Of a stretch of 64,000 nucleotides of DNA, positions 47,033 to 59,985 are shown piece after piece. The stretch is from Squalus acanthias (Eukaryota). The stretch is from positions 1,860,001 to 1,924,000 of the forward strand of contig CM059442.1 in NCBI GenBank assembly GCA_030390025.1, read 5' to 3'. The notes under the pieces are model-generated. The model made no database searches, was not told where the DNA came from, and saw nothing but the letters and a program-made list of their open reading frames with translations. Made by a program: the position numbers and the translations under genes. Position 1 is the stretch's first letter. The number at the start of each line of letters is the position of its first letter.

Positions 47033-49266
47033 CTGTGGTAAAATAAATGGAAAGAAGATCGGAAATGGATTTCTGCATTTTCTTGTGCCATGAAATGCTG
47101 GTAACTCAATAACGATTGTGTCGTGTTAAATTGAAATGTTCGCATCGGCGATTGAGATTCGACAAAAGGGGGAATTGAAGGCTTCAAACAGAAATTGGAC
47201 AGAAACAAATCATTTGGGGATCTTGTTCCAAAACCTGGGCTTATAGCTGAAATTTCCATCTTTGATACCAGGAGAAGAAGTGTTCGTTTGAAATTCACAT
47301 TTCTGAAAATTTCGTCTAGCCATACGGATTAAAAGGAATGAGCAACTCCCATAAACCGTGTGGAGTTGCATTTCACATAAAGCAGTTCAGGGTTGCTGGG
47401 CTCTAGAATGTGGGCTTCGCTGGCAAGTCCAGCATTTAGTGCCCGACCCCAGTTGCCCTTGAGAAGATGGTGGTCGGCCTTCTTCTTGAACCCATTTGTG
47501 TTCCCACAATGCTGTTCGGTATGGACTTCCAAGATTTTGTGCGAGCGACGATGAAGGAACGCCAGATATATCTCCAAGTCAGGATGGTGTGTGAATTGGA
47601 GGTGGAACTAGGAGATGATGCTGTCCCGATGCAACTACTGCCACCCTCCTTTTTGATGATGAAGGTCGAGGGTTTTCGAGGTGTAGACGAAATGCAATCC
47701 ATTGAGGGATATGGAAACCTAAAATGTACTTAAGTTAAAATATTTCGCTTATCAGGATGTTTTTCTACATCACGTTACACAGTTTCGGTTACCTGACGGA
47801 GACTCTGTAATCTGACAAGGCCAGCCAGTCTGGCGGTGCCTCATGAGGTGAATATACACTCAGTGGAGTTAAAAATCTGGCAGGATTAAGCCATTTGACA
47901 TTAAACATTCCACTGTGGAAGTTGCAGACATTTAGGGAGTAAATTTGGAAATCAGAGTCATATTTGGTGTGTTTATAACAGACAGCCTGCAGTTCCCCAG
48001 TCAGAATATCTTATCTGCACATCGCTAATTATCGGGTCTCTCAGCTCCATAACACTGCATTCCGACAGTACTCAGTCACAGGGGCAAGTGCAAACTAGCA
48101 CGATATTACACTCCATCCAAGTCAATGGAGGGTATAATTGGGCGGAGATTAAAACGTAAGGCCGATCCCTATCCGCCTCTTTCCCGCCTGGAGGATGTGG
48201 TTAGATTTACCCTCCAAGTGTCGCCGCGGACTGTGAGCTCACGTTTTTCGTTGGGGTTGAATTCACAACATTCAGACGCAATGGAGTATAAAATCGTCTT
48301 TTACAGTAGCCTAAAGCAGGCGATAACACATCGTCAGCACGTTTTACACATCGCCTGATTTCCGTTCCCATTGCCTACAATGGAATCAGATACCGGGCGG
48401 GTGTGAATCGGGCGGCCGATTCGCTTTCGCCCGTTTTGCACGCCCTCCCGTGACGAATTTCACACCCTTATCTCCAGTAACGCTGTTTGCCGCTAACAGG
48501 TGCACAGCGAGTGATTGCACGGCCCAATGCTTCATGAATTCTGTCAAGAGTTGAGCAATAAGATTAAAACCTAACCCCACTATTTAAGAAAGGAGGGAGA
48601 GAGAAAACGGGGAAACACAGACTAATTAGCCTGACATCAGTAACAGGGCTAATGTTCGAATCTGTTATTGAGGAAATGGTAATGGGCACTTAGAAAATAA
48701 TAATAGTATTGGGCAAAGTTAACACGGATTTATGAAACTGAAATCGTGTTTGACAAATCTGTTAGTGTTTTTTGAGGTTTTAACTAGCAGAATAGCTAAG
48801 GGGGAATCAGTGGATGCGGTGCATTTGGATTTTCGGAAGGCATTCGATAATTTGCCACACAGGAGGTTAATAAACAACATTAGGGCACATGGGATTGGGG
48901 ATAATATATTTTCATGAATTGAGGATTGGTTAACTGACAGAACACAGAGAGGAAGAATAATAGGGTCATTTTCGGGTTGGCAGGTTCTAACTAGTGGGGT
49001 AACGTAAGGTTCAGTGCTTGGGCCTCAGTTATTCACAATCTACATCAATGCTTTGGATGAAGGGATCAATTGTAATATATCCAAGTTTGCAGTTGATACA
49101 AAGCTCGTGCAACATAAGTTGTGAGGAGTATGTAAGAAGGCTTCAAGGTGACATTGACAGGCAAAGTGAGTGGGCAAGATCATGGCAAATGTAATAAAAT
49201 GTGGAGAAATGTGCATCTAGAAACAGGGTCCAAAGTCTCAGTTTAAGGGGTCGGCCATTTAGAAAT

Positions 49267-51109
49267 TTAGGAACACTCCTCGCCACGATGGACGTCTCGG
49301 CACTCTACACCAGTATCCCCCACAATGACGGCATCGCTGCGACAGCCTCAGTACTCAACACCAACAACAGCCAATCTCCAGATGCCATCCTACAACTCAT
49401 CTGCTTCATCCTTAACCACAATGTCTTCACCTTCGACAACCAGTTTTTTACCCAAACACACGGAACAGCTATGGGGACCAAATTCGCACCCCAATACCCC
49501 CACATCTTCATGCACAAGTTCGAACAAAACGTCTTCGCTGCACAGGCCCTCCAACTAACGCTATACACCAGATACATCGACGACATTTTCTTCCTATGGA
49601 CCAAAGGCGAAGAATCACTGAAAAGACTACCCGATAACATCAACAAGTTCCATCCCACCATCAAACTCACCATAGACCACTCCTCAGAATCAGTTTAATT
49701 CTTTGACACACGAATCTCCATCAAAGACGGATACCTCAGCATTTCACTCTACCGCAAGCCCACGGACAACCTCACGATGCTTCACTTTTCCAGCTTCCAC
49801 CCTAACCACGTTAAAGAAGCCATCCCCTATGGACAAGCACTGCGAATACACAGGATCTGCTCAGACGTGGAGGAACGCGATGGACACCTGCAAACGCTGA
49901 AAGACGCCCTCGTAAGAACAGGATATGACGCTCGACTTGTGGATCGACAGTTCCGACGGGCCACAGCGAGAAATCGCATAGACCTCCTCAGAAGAAAAAC
50001 AGGGGACACAACCAACAGAGTACCCTACGACGTCCTGTACTTCCCCGGAGCGGAGAAACTACGCCATGTTCTTCGGAGCCTTCAACATGTTATTGATGAC
50101 GCCAAACACCTCGCTAAGGCCATCCCCACGCCTCCACTCCCCGCCTTCAAACAGCCCCCTAACCTCAAACAGACTATCGTTCGCAGCAAATTACCCAGCT
50201 TTCAGGAGTACAGCGTCCACGACACCACACAACCCTGCGACAGCAACCTCTGCAAGACATGCCAGAGCATCAACACAGATACCATCATCACAGGTGAGGA
50301 CACCACCCACCAGGTACATGGTACATACTCATGTGACTCGGTCAAAGTTGTCTACCTCATACGTTGCAGGAAAGGATGCCCTGGAGCATGGTACATCAGC
50401 GAGACCATGCAGTCACTGCGACAATGTATGAACGGACACCGCACAACAATGACCAGGCAGGAGTGTTGCCTCCCAGTCGGGGAACAGTTCAGCAATCAAG
50501 GACATTCAGCCTCCGATCTTCGGGTAAGCGTTCTCCAAGGCGGCCTTCGAGACACACGACAAAACATAATCGTCGAGCAGAAATTGATAGCCAAGCTCCG
50601 CACCCATGAGGACAGCTTCAACCGGGATCTTGGCTACATGTCACGCTACAAGTAACCCCACCTGACGTCGAGTCATCTAGAGTCGATTCGTCATTGGCTT
50701 GTTCTCTCTACACAGATGCGGCCGGACCTGCTGTGATTTCCAGCAAAAAAAGTTTTTGTTTTCCATACAGACCCCAGCATCTGCCAGATTTGAGCCCTTG
50801 TGAGCCCACCTCATTGTCTTTGATGTAATGCTTTCCTGACTGACCTGTTTGGACACCATCCACACCTTTGATTGCCGTGATTATCTCTCTGCCGAGGTGT
50901 GATAAAGGGCAGTTAGAAAGATTAACTGTAATCATCTGGCAGTGTTCTCTGACTATATATGCTGTGCCTATATGCATCTCTTTACTTCAACTGACGAAGG
51001 AGCAGCGCTCCGAAAGCTTGTGATTTTAAATAAAGCTGTTGGACTATAACCTGATGTTGTGCGACTTTTCACATTTGCACACCCCAGTCCCAAACCGGCA
51101 TCTCCACAT
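49267..51109 (+). mobile_element. Penelope-like element (RT plus GIY-YIG endonuclease), 5'-truncated, one internal stop
   Basis: MDVSALYTSIPH, GTAMGTKFAP, RYIDDIF and VVYLIRC...WYISET. Terminal repeat with a hammerhead. TSD CATTTAGAAAT (49256-49266 and 51110-51120). Confidence 0.95.
50987..51023 (+). ncRNA. Minimal hammerhead ribozyme in the Penelope terminal repeat
   Basis: TCAA-CTGACGA-A-GGAGC-agc-GCTCC-GAAA-GCTT-GTGA, with one stem I mismatch. Confidence 0.75.
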
Positions 51110-51515
51110 CATTTAGAAATGAGATGAGGAGAAATTTCTCCACTGAGAGGATGGTGAATCTTTGGCACTCAGTATCCCATGGCGCTGTGAAGGCTCAGTC
51201 CTTGAGTATATTCAAGACAGAGGTCGATAGATTTTTTGAATATTAAGGGAATCAAGGATATGTGCATAGTGCAGGAAAGAGGAGATCCTCTCGGTGATTG
51301 CGAATGTTCTTACTGAATGGCGGAGCAGGCTTGAAGGGCCAAATGGCCTAATCCTGCTCCTGTTTCTTATATTCTTATGTTCTTAAAACCAATCCTGTTG
51401 TTTTCCTCTCTCCTAATATTGAACCATTAATTCAGTTGCAGTGGTTAAAGCCTGATTTTGTAAACATACGAAGAGTGTTGAAAAAAATGAGAAATCTCTG
51501 CTCCCTTTCACTCAC

Positions 51516-51809
51516 CTGCTTCAGTAACCGACACAGACTCGCTGCGTTGAGATTCTAACCTCCTCCCCATGACGGAGGTTCTATATCGGCACTGGTACCG
51601 CCCTCCTTGGCCTTTAGTGGTAACCGGGAATTTTCCAATTTTGTCCTCTGTGACAATTTGATCGGTTTGCAGATATTGATTATCTTTGTAAAAGTAGAAG
51701 GTTTTAACGCGATAATCTCCGGTCACGGTGCAGGTCATGGTGACTGTCTGTCCTACTACATACACCCCAGTCGGTTGATCAAGAGATATCACGGGCGGTG
51801 TTAGCGGAC
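51516..51809 (-). CDS. Ig-like (C2/LRC-type) domain exon of gene B, intact
   Basis: 294 nt, phase 1-1, AG/GTGAGT. GPLTPPVISLDQPTGVYVVGQTVTMTCTV...FYFYKD...GGRYQCRY...SQRSESVSVTEA. Confidence 0.93.
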
Positions 51810-52419
51810 CTGTGGTAAAATAAATAGAAATAACATTTAGAAATGGATCTGCGGATTTTCATGTACAGTGCAAATTTGGGAACTCAATGATGATTGTGCG
51901 GTGTTAAAGCGCAGTTTCACATCGGATATAAAGATTCCACAAAAGGGGACTTCGGGATTTGATTACAAAGAAACAAAGAAAGACGTCCATTCCTCTAGCA
52001 CCTTTCATGACCCCTGGACGTCTCAATGCGCTTTACCACCAATTTACTAATTTTGAAGTGTAGTCGCTGTTGTAAAGTACGAAATCAAATTGCAGAGCCA
52101 AAGAACCTAAATCTGCTCGAGTTCTCTATACAAAGTCCGGTTTAAGGCCAGAGATTTTACTCTGGGATACGAGCGCAACAAGGAAATGGCTGCTTGGGAA
52201 ATCCTCAGTGCTGCTAATTTATCCCAGGTGAAGATGCGATCAAAAAGAGTCAAAGTCTCCATTATACCCGCATCGCGATTGGTGACCTGTACCAGTGCAA
52301 GTATGAAAACTCCGCCAAGGGAAGGCAGTTAGAAACCAATCTGAGCGGGGCTGTGACCGTCAGACATTTCAAATAATTGAGCCGTTATTGTGAGCCATCA
52401 ATTGTTGTTATCATTACTG

Positions 52420-53140
52420 TTGTGGTTGTCGCTGGCATGGTTGGCAACAACTGTCCGTCCCCAGTTTCCTCTTCAGAAGCTGATGACTGGCCTTCGATTT
52501 GATCCACAGCGAGTCCGGTGCGGTCAAAGTTCACAACAGTGCAGTGAGTTCCAAGATTTTGACCGACCGACGATGAAGCAACAGCGATATATTTCCAAGT
52601 CAGGATGGTGTGTTACTTGGAGGTAAACGGGGAGGTGCTGCTGTTCCCATGCGCCTGCTGCGCTTTCCCTTCTAGATGGTTGAGTTCGCGGGTTTGGGAG
52701 GTGCTGCCCAATAAGACTTGGTGAGTTGCTGAAGTGCATTTTGTAGATGGTATACAATGCAGCCACTGTGCTCCGGTGGTGGACGGCCTGAATGTTTAAT
52801 GTGGTGCATGACCTGCCAATCAAGCGGGCTGCTTTGTCCTGGATAGGGTCCAGCTTGCTGAGTTGGACCTGCTCTCACCCAGGCATGTGGAGAGTATTCC
52901 ATCATACACCTGACTTGTGCAAGTAGATGTTGGAAAGTCTTTGCAGAGTCAGGAGGTGAGTCATTCGCCTCCGCATTCCTCGCCAGCGACCTCCTCTAGT
53001 AGCCACAGTGATTATGTGAAGTGGAATTTCTAGTTGATGGTGTTAGAGTAGAATTGAGAGGTGATGTTGTTCCCATGCGCCTGCTGCCCTTGTCCTTCTG
53101 GGTGGTGAAGGTCCCGTGTAAGTGAAGTGCTGCCGAAATG
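52420..53140 (-). mobile_element. Degenerate non-LTR retrotransposon 3' fragment (CR1/L2 superfamily); related copies at ~19280-19590, ~47400-47690 and ~54650-55100
   Basis: MEYSPHAW, LDTIQDKAARLIG and HHRSTVAALYTIYKMH motifs are shared between copies. Confidence 0.7.
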
Positions 53141-53747
53141 CAATGCAGAGAGAGATATGGAACACCACAACGTAATTAGATTAAAATATCGCGCATAACA
53201 GGGTCCTTTTGAAAGTATCGGAACGCAGATTCTGTTCTCTGACAGAGAAACCTGTAATGTGTCAAGGCCAGTCAGTCTGGAGAGATTCTTGAGGTGACGC
53301 TACACACAGTGGAGTTAATATCCCTGGCGCCGTGCTGTCATTGTGGCACTAAACTTTGATAGTTGAAACATATATTGGAGCATTTTTTCTTAGGTGGTTC
53401 CAAAAAACAGGTGGTCACGATTCGATTTGAAACACATAATTAAATGGAAAAGAAAATCAGTCGGGGCATAAAACGGGCTGACGAATATCTATTTCCCCCT
53501 GCATATTTTACCCACTTATCCAGTAACGACGTTTGCTGGTAATACATTCACAACAGGAGAATGTAGGGGCCAGTGTTACAGGGATCCTGTCTCGAGTTGA
53601 GCAATAAGATCAAAACCCATTCGGTTATATTCCTCTCTCCTAATATTAAACCATTCATTTTGTTAAAGTGATTAAAGCCTGATTTTATAAAAAATACCAT
53701 GAGCGATTTAAGAAACAGATGAAAATTCTCTGCTCCCTGTCACTCAC

Positions 53748-54038
53748 CTGCTACAGTGACCGTCACAGAATCGCTGTGATGAGATACTAACCACCACCCA
53801 TTAACGGAGGTTCTATACGCGCACTGGTACCGCCCTCCTAGGTCTGTACTGGTAACCCGGAATGTTCCAATGTTGTTCTTTGGGACAATTTGATCGGTTT
53901 TCAGATATTGATTATCTTTGTAAAAGTAGAACTTTTTATCGCGATAATCTCCGGTCACAGTGCAGGAAATTGTGACCGTCTCTCTTACTACATACACCCC
54001 AGTCGGTTGATTAAGAAAAATCACTTGCGTTAGCGGAT
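53748..54038 (-). CDS. Ig-like (C2/LRC-type) domain exon of gene B, intact, paralogue of 51516-51809
   Basis: 291 nt, phase 1-1. DPLTQVIFLNQPTGVYVVRETVTISCTV...FYFYKD...GGRYQCAY...SHHSDSVTVTVA. Confidence 0.93.
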
Positions 54039-57000
54039 CTGTGGTAAAATAAATAGAAATAACATTTAGAAATGGACCTGCGGATTTTCATGTGCAGTGC
54101 AAGTTGGGAACTCAATGCTGATTGTGCTTTGTTAAAGCGCAGTTTCACATCGGATACAGATATTCTACAAAAGGGAAGTTCGTGATTTCATTGAAAAGAA
54201 AAAATAAAGTCTTGGATTTCTATAGTGCCTTTCACCGCCACAGAATGTCCTTAAGCGCTTCACAGCCTATGTCGTACTTTTGAAGTGTAGTCGCTGATGT
54301 ACTATAGCAAATCAAATGGCGGAGCCAAAGAAATTTAATCAGCTCGAGTTCTCTATACAAAGTCCGGTTTTGGGCCGAAGATTTTACTTTGGGATACCAG
54401 CGGAACAAGGAAATGATTGCTTTGAAAAGCCCAGTGCTGCTAATTATCCCAGTTGTAGATGCAATCAGAAAGAGTGAAAGTCTCCAATATACCCGCACCG
54501 CGACCGGTACCAGTGCAAGTATTAAACCTCCACCAAGGGAAGGCAGTTAGAAACCAATCTCAGCGAGGCTGCGACGGTCACACATTTCACATAATCGAGC
54601 TGTTTTTGTGGGAGCCCAAATATTGATATCATTACCGTTGTGGTAGTCGCTGAGATGGCCGGCAACTACTGTCCATCCCTAGTTTCCCATTCAGAAGGTG
54701 ATCGGTGTCCTTCTAATTGAACCGCAGCGAGTCCGGTGCGATCAAAGTGCACAACAATGTAGTGAGTTCTATAATTTGGATAAGCGATGATGAAGGAACA
54801 GCGATATAGTTCCAAGTCAGGATGATGTGTGACTTGGAGGGGAACTTGGATGGTGTTCCCATGCGCCTGCTGCCCTTTTCCTTCTAGGTGGTAGAGGTCG
54901 CGGGTTTGGGTGCTGCTGCCGCAGAAGCCTTGGTGAGTTGCTGCAATGCATCTTGTAGATGGTACACACTGCAGCTGGTGGAGCGAGTGCATGTTTGAGG
55001 TGGTGGATGAGGTGCCAATCAAGCGGGCTGCTTTGTCCTGAATGGTGTCAAGCTTCCTGAGTTGGAGCTGCTCACATCCAGATGTGTAATTCATCACAGA
55101 CAGACAGACAGAGGAAGAAAATTACCGTGTTAAAGGGAGCAGCAAAAGACGTCCGAGAGAGGGTTTGAGAGAAAGACAGATCTCCAGAGAAGAATGAAAA
55201 GTAGGAGTGGGAGAGAAAAAGAGAGAGATGGAATGCGAGAGCATCATGGAGAAATGGAACGAGGGGGAATCAGTTGAGACCGGATAAGGGAGTTCAAAAG
55301 AGAGCGAAGGCGGAAGGGAGTGAAATTGTATTGAGACAGATGGTTGAAAGTTATCGTATGGGAACTAGAGGTAATGGGCAATGAGAGAAAGAGAGAGAGA
55401 GACAGTGCAGATAAAGGGGACAGGCGACTGGAATTAAAAATAAATGTAAAGGGGGACTGAGAGAGAGAGAGAAAGAGACAGAAGATGGACCTTTGAACCC
55501 CGTCACTCAGCTCTCTGTGATGATGATTGGCTCTCTGAGCTACCAATCTATCTAGCACGAGAAACATCACCCATGTAGGTTCGGGAACTGCTGCAAGCAG
55601 GTTGTCGGTTTAGCTGAAATTTGCGAGGAATTTCTTCACACAGGGATTGCTGAGAATGTGGAATTCGCTGCCCCGTGGAGTGATTGAAGCAGGTGACATA
55701 GTTGCCTCTAAGCCGAGGCTAAATGTATACGCGAGGGAGCAAATAATTGAGGCGCATCGGGGCAGTGCGGTAGGAGGGAAGTAGCATGAACACCGGTGTG
55801 GACCAGCAGGGCCAAATTGTCACTTTCTTTGTAGTAAATTCAATGTAATTGTATATAATTAGCACCCCTCTGAGCGTTTCAAAATAAAACCATTGAAACA
55901 TTAAAGCTGTGAATATCTGTTCATAGAATCATAGAGATCAGAAGAAGGCCATTCGACGAAGCATGCCCGTGCCGGCTCTTTGAAATAGCCGTCATATCAA
56001 TCCCTCTAACCGCTGGTAGTACACCATAAATCTGCAAATCTTCCGCCTTCAAGTATTTATTCAAATTACTTATGAAATTTACTACTGAATCTGCTTTCAC
56101 CACCCTTTCAGCAAGTGCAGTCCACAACATAGCAACTCACTAATAATCATTGTCTGCTGAAAGTGTTGTGCGAACTCGTATTGTCTGAAAGTAATGTGCT
56201 CTGTGAGAATACACATTTCTGAGATGACCGGTACTCCAGCTAATTTTCCCTGAGCAACATTCCAGACAGCGTCTGCTTGTCTGGGATTTAAATATTTCAG
56301 AACTAAATCTAAGGAATGGGTATTATAATATTATCTTTGATTTACTGTGAAGAAGCAGACCGGTCGATGCAATGATTTCATTTCCGAACTAATTATTTCA
56401 CGATTCGTTATCACTTCACTTTGTCGAGGGAATGCGATTCGGACCGCAATACAAAATTGCAATGGTGAAAGGATCTTTTTCAAACTGGAGAGAAGTATGC
56501 AGTAGACACCGCCAGCGGAGGGTATTCGGACCATTGCTTATTTGTTTACAAATACAGCAGATGGACTTTGGTACACGGAGTACAATTGCGAATTTTATGG
56601 ATGATACAAAACTTGTTAATGCCGTAAATACTGAGCAGGATAATAGCAGTAATCAGGAGGACGTAATCAGACTGGTGAAATGTGCAGACACAAGGCAGAT
56701 GCAATTTTTGGCGGATAAATGTGAAGTAATGCAATTTGTGTGGAATGGCATTGAGAGACAGTATAATCTAACTGGTAATATTTTGAGAGGGGTTTACGAG
56801 CAGAGGAATCTTTCTCGTCATAGCAACTCACTTTCGCGGGCTTTTTTGCAGAGGTCAGTGTCGGGAGCGGAGAGAGCAGCAGCACAGTGAGTAGTTAAAC
56901 TCACTTTCGTGGGGCTTTTTTCAGAGGCTAACCAATCTCACAGACCGCTGGCGGCGTTCCAGATTTGCGTCACAATTCAAAAAGTGACGCGGACAAAAGG

Positions 57001-59985
57001 AAGCAGCTGATTGGGTGAGTACGGCCAGGTGAGTATTTATACTACTCTGCAGTTTGACAGTTAAGGTTAATAGTTTATAGAGTTTAGTAGGTCCTAATGT
57101 GTGTGGTTATAATTTCTAAGGTCTCTGTTGTGTAGCAGGGAGTGCTAGTATACAAGGGCTCTTGGGTATATCATTTAATTGCAATGTAATTTGTGTTATT
57201 GATTTGAGTTAATTTAAATTAATTTAGAGAAAAGTCATGGCAGCACAGCTCAGCCCCGTGGCATGCTCCTCCTGCGCTATGTTGGAAATAGGGACACTTT
57301 CTGTGTCCCTGTTGACCATGTGTGCGAGAAATGTATCCAGCTGCAGCTCCTGGCAGACCGCATTGCGGCGCTAGAGCTGCGAATGGATGCATACTGGAGC
57401 ATTCGCGATGCTGAGGACATCGTGCATAGCACGTTTAGGGAGTAGTAGGCGCAGGCAGGTGGTGCAGCGGTCCCCTGTGGACATCCCATTCTCAAACAGA
57501 TATACCACTTTGGATATTGTTGTGGGAGATGGCTTATCGGGGGAAGGCAGCAGCAACCAACTTGTTGGCACCATGTTTGGTTCTGCTGCACAAGAGGGAG
57601 GAAAGCGTGCGGGAGAGCTACAGTGATAGGGGATTCTATTGTAAGGTGTATAGATAGGCGTTTCTGCAGCCGAAAACGAGACTCCAGGATGGTATGTTGC
57701 CTCCCTGGTGCAAGGGTCAAAGATGTCTCGGAGCGGCTGCAGGGCATTCTGGAGGGGGAGGGTGAACAGCCAGTTGTCGTGGTGCATATAGGTACCAACG
57801 ATATAGGTAAAACACGGGATGAGGTACTAAAAACTGAATATAGGGAGCTTGGAGGTAAATTAAAAAATAGGACCTCAAAGGTAGTTATCTCAGGATTGCG
57901 ACCGGTGCCACGTGCTAGTCAGAGTAGAAATAGAATGATAATTCAGCTGAATACGTGGCTAGAGGAATGGTGCAAGGGGGAGACATACAAATTCCTGGGA
58001 CATTGGAACCGGTTCTGGGGGAGGTGGGACCAGTACAAATTGGACGGTTTGCACCAGAGCAGGACCGGGACCGATCTCCTAGGGGGAGTGTTTGCTAGGG
58101 CTGTTGGTGAGGATTTAAACAAAAATGGCAGGGGTTGGGAACCTGTGTCATGAAACAGAGGAAAGGGAAGCAAGGATAGAAGCAAAAGACAGGAAGGTGG
58201 AAAGCAAAAGTGGAAGGCAGAGAAATCAAGTGTGTAAATCACACAGGGCTACAGTAAATAATAATTCTAAAAGGACTAAGAGTGGTAAAAAAACAAGCTT
58301 GAATGCTTTGTGTCTTAATGCGAGGAGCATTCGTAATAAGATGGATGAGTTAAATAGAAACATAGAAGATAGGAGCAGCAGTAGGCCATTCGGCCCCTCG
58401 AGCCTGCTCCGCCATTTAATGAGATCATGGCTGATCATCCAAATTCACTACCATGTCCCTGATTTCTCCCCATATCCCTTGCACAAATAGATGTAAACGG
58501 ATATTACATAATTGGGAGTACGGAGACATGGCTCCAGGGTGACCAAGGATGGGAATTCAACATCCAGGGGTATTCAATATTCAGGAAGGACAGAAAAAAA
58601 GGAAAAGGAGGTGGGGTAGCATTGCTGGTTAAAGAGGAGATCAGAACAATAGTAAGAAGGATATTAGCTCTGATGATGTGGAATCTGTATGGGTAGAGCT
58701 GAGAAATAACAAGGGGCAGAAAACGTTAGTGGGAGTTGTATACAGACACCCAAACAGTAATGCTGAGGTTGGGGAAGGCATTAAACGGGAAATTAGAGAC
58801 ACGTGCAATAAGGGCACAGCAGTTATCATGGGTGACTTTAATCTACATATAGATTGGGCTAACCAAATTAGTAACAATACTGTGGAGGAGGTATTTCCTA
58901 GAGTGTATACGGGATGGTTTCCTGGAAAAATATGTAGAGGAACCAACTGGAGATCAGGTCATCGTAGACTGGGTATTATGTAATGAGAAAGGATTAATTA
59001 GCAATCTTTTTGTGCGAGGCCCCTTGGGGATTAGCGGTTATAATATGATAGAATTCTTCATTAAGATGGAGAGTGAAGTAGTTGACTCAGAGACTAGGGT
59101 CCTGAATTTAGATAATGGAAACTACGATGGTATGAGGCGCGAGTTGGCTAGGGTGGATTGGGGAGCGTTACTTAAAGGGTTGACGGTGGATAGGCAATGG
59201 CAAACATTTAAAGATAGCATGGATGAACTGCAGAATTTGTTCATCCCTTTTTGACATAATAATAAAAGAAAAAAGGTGACTCAAACATGGCTAACAAAGG
59301 TAATTAGGGATAGCATAAGATCCAACCAGAGGACATAAAAAATGGCCAGAAAAAGCAGCAAACCTGAGGATTGGGAGCAGTTTAGGATTCAGCAAATGAG
59401 GACAAAGTGGTTAATTAAGAGGGGGAAAATAGAATATGAGAGTAAGCTTTCAGGGAACATAAAAAATGAGCGTAAAAGCTTCTTAGATATGTGAAGAGAA
59501 AAAGATTGGTGAAGTCAAGTGTAGGTCCCTTGCAGTCAGAATCATGAGAATTTATAATGGGGAACAAAGAAATGTCTGAGGAATTAAATACATACTTTGG
59601 TTCTGTCTTCACAAAGGAGGACACAATTGAACTCCCAGATATGTCGGGGAACATAGGGTCTAATGAGAGGGAGGAATTGAATTAAATCACTATTTGTAGG
59701 GAAATGGTGTACGGGAAATTGATGGGATTGAAGGCCGATAAATCTCCAGGGCCTGATAATCTACATCCTAGGGTACTTAAGGAAGTGGCCCCCGAAATAG
59801 TAGATGCATTGCTGATCATCTTTCAAAATTCTATAGACCCTGGAAAAGTTCCTATGGATTGGAGGGTAGCTAATGTAACTCCACTATGTCATAAAGGTGG
59901 TAGAGAAAAAAACGGGGATATATATATCGGTAAGCCTGACATCGGTAGTGGGCAAAATGCTAGAGTCCATTATAAAAGATGTAAT

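Larger units (their letters stand above)
48572..51382 (+). mobile_element. CR1 LINE (5'-truncated, internally deleted) hosting a Penelope element
   Basis: KSCLTNLL...HLDFRKAFD, a tcttatattcttatgttc tail and TSD TTAAAACC (48564-48571 and 51383-51390). Confidence 0.92.

Noticed and set aside
51516-54038. Ig exons as rearranging V segments (Ig/TCR/NAR)
   Set aside because: They end in GTGAGT splice donors rather than RSS, lack the V-domain WYRQ motif, and the CACAGTG seen at ~53956 is inside coding sequence.
57623-58153. SGNH esterase ORFs (also 63150-63920) as host enzymes
   Set aside because: They are CR1 ORF1 domains, directly upstream of APE-RT sequence in the 56825-61990 copy.
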